In this document: positions 57,588 to 64,000 of the stretch, piece after piece
Layout of the letters: each line of letters opens with the position of its first letter
Position numbering within the stretch: the stretch's first letter is position 1
Origin: Emiliania huxleyi CCMP1516
Lineage: Eukaryota
Assembly (NCBI RefSeq): GCF_000372725.1
Contig: NW_005201192.1
Location: 124,001-188,000 of the forward strand
Direction of reading: 5' to 3'
Length of the DNA: 64,000 nucleotides
Notes under the pieces: model-generated
Database searches by the model: none
What the model saw: the letters and a program-made list of their open reading frames with translations, nothing else
Told to the model about the DNA's origin: nothing
Program-made: the position numbers and the translations under genes

Positions 57588-58446
57588 GATGTCGGACGCG
57601 CATAAGGAGAGGAGTCGCTGCAAGGACAGACTGTTTTCTGTGATCATCGCTCGGCTGAGGCGGGCAGCGCGCGGAGCTGGTTGCTGCACACGTCGAGCTC
57701 CTGCAGACCAGCCAGTCAGTCAGCGCCCAGTCCAGAGCGGGGCCTTGGTTCCTTCTTCCGCCGTGACTTTTGAATTGACGCGACCTTCAAGTTATTTGAC
57801 GGAATTACCTCGCATTCATTCAAGAAATTTTCAGTGTACGTACGCACTTTTAGCTTTCTGGGAGAAAAGGGAGAGGGGGTTGTAGCTCTTACTGTGCCGT
57901 ACGAAAGTGTGGAACAGGTTGGAGCAGCAGCTCCTGAGCAGCTAGCTGAGCACGGCGCCGCAGGCGCCTGTTGAATAGGTCCAGGTGATAGCCCTGGATG
58001 GGCAATGCATACGCCTAGTCGAGGAGAGTCTCTGCAGGATGTCAGACGCGGCATCATGTCGGACGCGCATAAGGAGAGGAGTCTCTGCAGGGAGACTGAA
58101 CGGCTGTCGGGCTGAGGCCCCCCTGCACTTCTAAGCTCATCCCTGCTGCTAGAGAGGGGGGGAGGGGGGGGGTCAAGACGTTGATATACCGATTTCTGCT
58201 ACCGTACTGGGACCTCGTAGCGCATTGCACCAAACCAGCCCCTTCACACGTGTACACACAGCGACACGCTCCAGACACGACATCCCTGCCCGCCGCTGCG
58301 CGCTCCCGGCTGCCGTCTGGCGTGTACATCTAAAACGGCTGTCTTCAGCCGCATGCACCCCCCCCCCCCCCCGCACACACGCAGAAAGCAGGAGTTCGAG
58401 CAGGAGTGCAGTGCAAATCTGCGGATACCGCAGTCCTCGTCCGCGC

Positions 58447-60593
58447 TCAGAGGGCGAGGCACTTGTGCGCGAGGGCTGCCGGCACGTCGGGGCTGGAGCC
58501 GAAGAGCATCTCGCGCGACGGGCCCATGCCTTGCTGGTAGACCGCGAGGCAAATGGATCCCTTGGGGCACGAGTTCGCCTCGCCGCAGTCGGGCGCGTCC
58601 GAGAGGGCGGGTGGCGACGAGTCCGGGAAGTGGCCTGCCCCGGCGGCGAAGACGGCGTCGTGGAAGCAGACCATCATCCAGCGCGTGTCAAAGGTCTGGC
58701 CCAAGTCGGGCGCTTCGGCGGGGATGAGTCCGAACTGGTTGACCGCAGGGAAGTTCGTGTCGGTGCCGGCGATGTAGCAGTGCTCGTCGTAAATCATAAG
58801 CTGCTCCGTCGTCCACTGCGAGAAGGCGTAGGTGAAGACGCCGTTGCCGTCGACATCGAACGGGTCGGCGACGTTCATGTAGTTTGCGAGGCACATCTTC
58901 TTAAACGTGTGGTCGTCGTTCTTCTCGTTCAGGTCGATGATGCAGATGCGGTTGTTCTGAGCAGCAGACGCGACCGACGACCGATGAGTGGTGGTCGGGC
59001 CGGGGTGGGCATGGGGGCGGGGGAGGGGGGAGGCGCGCGGCGAGCGCTCACACCGGCATCCCCTGACTGAGCTTGTTCTTGTCATTGGGAAAGCCCGAGC
59101 GCTCGGCCACGGCGATCTTGCTCGATGAGCCGGGGAGCGGGTACGCGTCGGCGATGCAGCACGCCCCGTCTTCGAAGGGGTAGAAGCCGGCAAAGGAGGT
59201 GAAGGCGAGCGGATCGGCCATGATGTTGAAAACGCGGATGCCGGGCTCGCCGCGCGCGGCGAGTGTCGAGCCGCCGTTGCGCTCGATGAATCCGATGACG
59301 AGGTTGTTGCCCATGGACACGAGCCCCTCGTAACCGCCGCTCGAGCCGTGTCTGACGTACTCAGACGCGTCGGCGGTTGCGTCGTCTGAGATCTTGCACT
59401 CGTTGGTGGCGAGGTCGGCGAGGGAGCAGTGCACCTTGTCGCCCTTGGAGGTGAGGTACTTGCCGTTGAATTCGCCGGTGGTCGAGTCGATGTCTGGCGT
59501 GCGGACCATCGGGCCCTTCACCTTGCCGGTCGAGGCGTCGATCGGGAAAAGGGCGGGCATCAGCTCGTCGCCGATGATGCCTAAAGGGCACAGAGCGTGT
59601 GTGTGTGCGCTGTACTTCCCCTGAAGTGGGTGGGGGGAGGGGAGAGGGGGGGGAAGCGTGTGAGCGCGCCGTAAGTGTGATTGATCATAGCGAAGCCCTC
59701 CACGTCAAAGTCGCGGCCGGTGAGGACGCGCGCGGACTTGTAAGACGCGCCGCCGAGCTCAGCCTTGGGGGTCTCCCACGTGCCATCGGGCACCTTGTAG
59801 GCCACTTGGATGTCGGCTCCGTTCTCCCACCGGATGTGGCCGTCGGGGTCGTGCAGCAGCATGATGCCTTTGGAGACGGCGGTGTTCCACTTTGGGAAGG
59901 TGGCCTCGCCGTGGCGGTAGGCGAAGGGAAAGTTGAGCTCAATCCTGAACGAATGGCGCGGGCGATGAGGGAAGGGGTGGTGATGGCGAGGGGAGGGGTC
60001 GGCCGGCACACAGGTTGAGGTGCAAAGGGTAGTCCCACGAGTTTGCTGCATTGCCAAAGCCATTGTCAGTGAGGCACAGGAACTGGTTGGCAGCGACTTG
60101 GCCGGTTGCGTCCATGTACCGCTCGATGTCCGAGAAGCCAACCGACGGGACGTAGTCCCACGGGCCTGCCTCCATTCCGCACCAGGCCGAGGCAAAGTCC
60201 GTGTCGGAGCACGTCGGGTTAGAGGGCGAGTTGCCGTCAGCCGCCTTCTCGGTGCCGGAGGTGATGCCGTCCAAGACGGTTGGAACGGGGCCGATGGACG
60301 TCCCAGTGCCGAAAGACTTGGTCCCTGCGTAGTGCGCCTGGCCAACTAGGTAGTGCTCGAGCGACTGAGGCGGGTGACGACAAGCTGAGTGATGTGCGCG
60401 CTCGACGAGTGATGTGACGAGGATGAGCGCACTCGGCGAGCGGTGTGCGCCATCACAAACGATACGTTGGGCGGCACAAAGAGGTGATAGGTGCGTGCTC
60501 GAGAGGAGTGATTGTGTTACGTACCAGTCCGTTGCGCGTCAGGAAGTCGCCGCCGCTAGCGAGGGCCAGGGACGTGAGGAGGGCCGCCGGCAT
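58447..60593 (-). CDS. Secreted phytase-like esterase / atypical alkaline phosphatase (EHAP1/PhoA-aty-like), multi-exon
   Basis: LTDNGFG..NSWDYPL, LTGRDFDVEG, IGDELMP, GGYEGL, DTNFP motifs of the 'esterase-like activity of phytase' family. Confidence 0.8.
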
Positions 60594-60937
60594 GAAGCTG
60601 CACAGTCTTGAGCACCGACGGAGTCTGGCGCGACTCCACCGTCGGTGATGGTGACACGGCCAACCTCGGCGCTGTGTGTCAACCCCAGAGCTTGGCAACC
60701 TTAGTGGCCGCAGGCCACACGCCCGTAGGGCGTGAACTCGTCGCGCGCGTAAGCGCGCGAAGAAAATTTTCAGAGATAAGTACGTACTTACCCTGGGGAA
60801 GGCCTTGTTTTCACGTCCTTAGCGAGTGATGCAATCACGTTCTTGTTTTGCCCAAAACAAGACCGTGCTCGCACGTTCTTATTGGCTGTGGCAAAGACAC
60901 GCTCCGCCTCCTTCGCCGTCGCCAGCGGCGCTGCACC

Positions 60938-61333
60938 ATGCAGGCGTACTTTCCGCCCGCCGATGCAGCGGCGCCCGCGGCCGCCGGCGCGGGCGAGGCG
61001 GCAGACGGCTCTGACCAGCGGACAGCGGCACTACCCGCGGGCGCGCCGGCGCCGCCGCAGGCGGCTGCGTCCGGCCCCGAGGTGGCAATGCCGTCGTACC
61101 AGCCGTGGAAGCAGTCCCGGCCGGAGTGGAAAGGCTGCACTGCAGAGCAGTGGGCCGCCTCCCGCTGCAAGACCGACGACTACATCGCACCCACGATGCC
61201 CAAGGGTTCTGCGCCCGGCAAGATGTGGTCCTTTGGCGTCTGCCAAAAGGGGGCGGCTGTTGGTACGAAGCAGTGGTCGGCGTGGGAGGGTGGGGTGGGT
61301 GCGCCGTGGGTGCGCTGTTTGTGTACATCTTAA
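60938..61333 (+). CDS. Small Trp/Cys-containing hypothetical protein
   Basis: Coding-like bias; no recognised family. Confidence 0.4.
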   Translation: MQAYFPPADAAAPAAAGAGEAADGSDQRTAALPAGAPAPPQAAASGPEVAMPSYQPWKQSRPEWKGCTAEQWAASRCKTDDYIAPTMPKGSAPGKMWSFGVCQKGAAVGTKQWSAWEGGVGAPWVRCLCTS

Positions 61334-61457
61334 CAAGTGCTCCGAGCGCTTAACTATAATTCTTTTTTGCCCGAGGGCGCTTCTTTTTCTCAAGACCGTA
61401 AAATCACGACCGTACAATCATTTGCCGCGTGTCTTCGAGCGACAGTTTGGCCCAACC

Positions 61458-61850
61458 ATGTCTGGCCCTCGAAGGTCTGCTTGGTTCTTGCGGCATCAGG
61501 CGGCCATGATCGAGGACCGCCAGTCGAAGACGCTGCTGACTGACGAGACCGTGCAGCGGCTGCGGGCGCAGCGGCAGCGGCAGTGGCAGAAGGTGGCGGC
61601 AGACTTCAACAAGCGCCTGGATGAAGCGAATGAGCGCGCGGACGCATCAATCGCAGCGTGGCTCGCGGCTCACAAGGAGCGCGTCGCGCTCGGCATGACG
61701 ACCGACGGTGGGACCACGACCGACCACTGCGACACCGAAGGTATGACCGAGGAGGTCGCGGCCGAGAACGCGCCGCTGGTGAACGGCCAGGGATACGTTT
61801 GGGCCGAGGGCTACGGCGGCCGCCCCGGCTGGGTTCTCTGCGTAGATTAG
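61458..61850 (+). CDS. Small helical hypothetical protein
   Basis: ATG in good context; coding-like bias. Confidence 0.45.
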   Translation: MSGPRRSAWFLRHQAAMIEDRQSKTLLTDETVQRLRAQRQRQWQKVAADFNKRLDEANERADASIAAWLAAHKERVALGMTTDGGTTTDHCDTEGMTEEVAAENAPLVNGQGYVWAEGYGGRPGWVLCVD

Positions 61851-62573
61851 GGCCAGGATAGGGCCAGGAGCCGCCGACGTCCGGCGCGAGGACCGGCTAT
61901 TGCGCACAGAAGCGAGCGGAGCGAGCCGAAGAGAAAATTTGAGGCTTAAGGTCGTACTTGCATGTATGTACGTCCCTGTTTTGACAGTACGTACGTAGTG
62001 TCTGAAGTACGTCCGTGATTGAGCTGAGGCGCACGTACGCGAGGGGCGCTGGCGTGTCGTCAGCAAGGTCGTGTGGGCTGGGGGCATTTCCGCCCACGTT
62101 CTTGCAATACGTACTTGATTTCACGGTCGTGAAAGCAAGGTTGCCAAGCTCTGGTCAACCCCCCCCAAATGTTTCGAACCTGTGTGCCGAGAGAGAGTTG
62201 GGCTCGTTGAATTCTTTTAATTAATGGAGTTTACTCCTAAAATTCTAGTACTGGACCGGGACTGGCGCGCGGCAAGAAACTCGCGGATGGGGGATGGGAC
62301 ACCCCGAAGTGCGAAGACGGTCACAAGACGGAAGAGCCAAGTCTTGCCCCAAGTGCAAAACGCGCGCGTCGCCCATCTCTCAACATGGAGAGATGCCTGC
62401 ACTACTATTTATTTATAAACGCGCGCGAAGTGCTCCACAAGCTGGAGCTCAAACCCACGAACGATTGTACACAGCGCCAGCCTCCCGCCCAAACTAACAA
62501 ACAACTGTAACTGTACTGGGTGACTGCGGTGCTCGACATGGATCGTGAGAGGCGAGGCATGCCATGGTGAGCC

Positions 62574-63909
62574 TCAGCGCACGGCCCTCGAACTGCCGGC
62601 GGGCTGCGCCGGGGCTGCGCCGTCCCTGAAGGGCGCTCGGCAGAGCTGTGCGTGCGACGCGGTGGTCACCCAGTAGAGTGTCTCCGGCGTGAGGTCGTTG
62701 GCGAGCTCGGCCTCGTACTCGGCGCCGAGGATGCTGACCTTGGCCTTGACCGAGGCGGGCAGCACCTGTTCGTGCCACGAGCCGTGTGAGGAGCAGCGGC
62801 CCCGTCCCCGCGCCGGCGTCTGCCTTCCGCAGGCGCCGTCGAGAGGATGCGGTAGAGGCGCGCCATGAAGGAGGGCGCGTTGATCACGACCGCCTTGGAG
62901 AAGGAGGACGGGTAGTGCGTGGCGAAGGCGAGCATCACGTCCTGCGCGGGCGCCGGACGCCGCGAGTCTAGCTGTTGGAGTACGCGGCTTGGAGAGGGCA
63001 GCGGGCCGGGAGGGGAGAGGGGGGGGGGGGGGGGCCAGGTCAAGGGCCCGGCGGAGGAAAAAAAAAGGCGGGGTGTCCACCGGGTGTCGCCTTTGTGAAG
63101 CTCAGCGTGGTAAAGGTGACCATGTGCGTGCCTGCGGGACAGGCGCAGGGCGTGTCGAGGACATGTCGGGGACAGGGAGGCGTCGTGAAGTCGACCAAGC
63201 TGCGCGTGCCGAGCCCGGCCAAGTCGAAGAGCTCGTACGTCTGCTGCAGCCGCCCGCTCGTGACGGAGGTGCGGTCGAGCCGGCGCTGCAGCGTGTCGAC
63301 GAGGGCGAGGTAATAGGGGTAGAGCAGCTTTGTATCCGACGGAGGCGCGCACGCGCCGAGGCGCTCGATCTTGACCGGGCTGCCAGACTTCGAGTAGCCG
63401 CAGTGGAAGCCGATTGGCCAGTGCCCCACCGCCTACGACGGCAAGGACGACGGGGATCACGCGTGGCGGCACTCTCGCGTCCGAGCAGCGCCAGGGTGTC
63501 GCGTCGCCCACTCTCCGTGAGGCATCTCTGCCGCGCAGAGCCAGCGCGACTCTGCGAGGGCGTCGAGCTCGGGCTTGTCCGGCAGGTTGTCCCGCTTCCA
63601 CGCGAGCGCGCGCCGGTACACCCGCTCGACCGCGCGCGCGTCGGTGCCGTGCTCCCGCACCACTCGCAGCAGCTGCACGGCCACCACCTTCCCGTCCTCA
63701 GGCAGGTTGGGCGGCGGCGGCGACTGACGGAGCGAGTGCTTGACGGCATAGATGACCGCGAGCTCGTCGGGCGTGGCCATGCCGCCGCCGCAGTCATCGG
63801 GCGTAGGCGACGGCGCAGACAACGCTCGCGAAGGCGGCGCCGACTTTGCTGGCCGCAGAGAAGCGGTGCCGATCAGACAAGAAGCGGCGCCGAGCGATGC
63901 CACGGCCAT
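62574..63909 (-). CDS. CRAL-TRIO/Sec14 lipid-binding protein, multi-exon (frame is open to the window edge)
   Basis: ALAWKR, HCGYSKSGSPVKIERLG, LFDLAGLG, HYP..VVINAPSF, LPASVKAKVSILG. Confidence 0.85.
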
Positions 63910-64000
63910 CACGCCGAGGAGCAGCGGCGACGCACGAGGCTCAGCCACAGTGAGCAGGAGCACGGGTAGCAGGGCGACATTCGCGACGCGCCAACTAGAT

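Overview
Very GC-rich eukaryotic nuclear DNA with short introns, many of them apparently GC-AG. It carries plastid-targeted genes (sigma factor, ClpR, SLC10A7-like) and mitochondrial ones (SDHB, gamma-CA). The style fits a haptophyte such as Emiliania/Gephyrocapsa huxleyi (inference). About 25 genes are recognisable, including an IFT57 remnant, a CaMK-GRAM kinase, an LMF-like protein, an EEP hydrolase, MAPK15/ERK7, BAP31, METTL14, GDPD, a phytase-like alkaline phosphatase and a CRAL-TRIO protein. They are separated by MITEs, hAT-like elements and stacked retroposon 3' ends. Highlights: (1) a 73-bp intron apparently made from telomeric (CCCTAA)n DNA inside a 25-bp target duplication, plus four more 10-bp GAGAT-core arrays flanked by 21-36 bp direct repeats, three in introns and two across splice junctions; (2) a TIR transposon family with 8-9 bp TSD whose left end leads into a DUF3987/YfjI-like AAA+ gene instead of a recognisable transposase; (3) two unrelated phosphate-scavenging enzymes that share a ~150-bp leader/signal-peptide exon and a Cys-flanked C-terminal motif; (4) a ~110-bp hairpin-ended element found four times upstream of genes; (5) several 5'-truncated genes. 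Exon boundaries were read by eye and all family calls come from motif recognition, not database searches.
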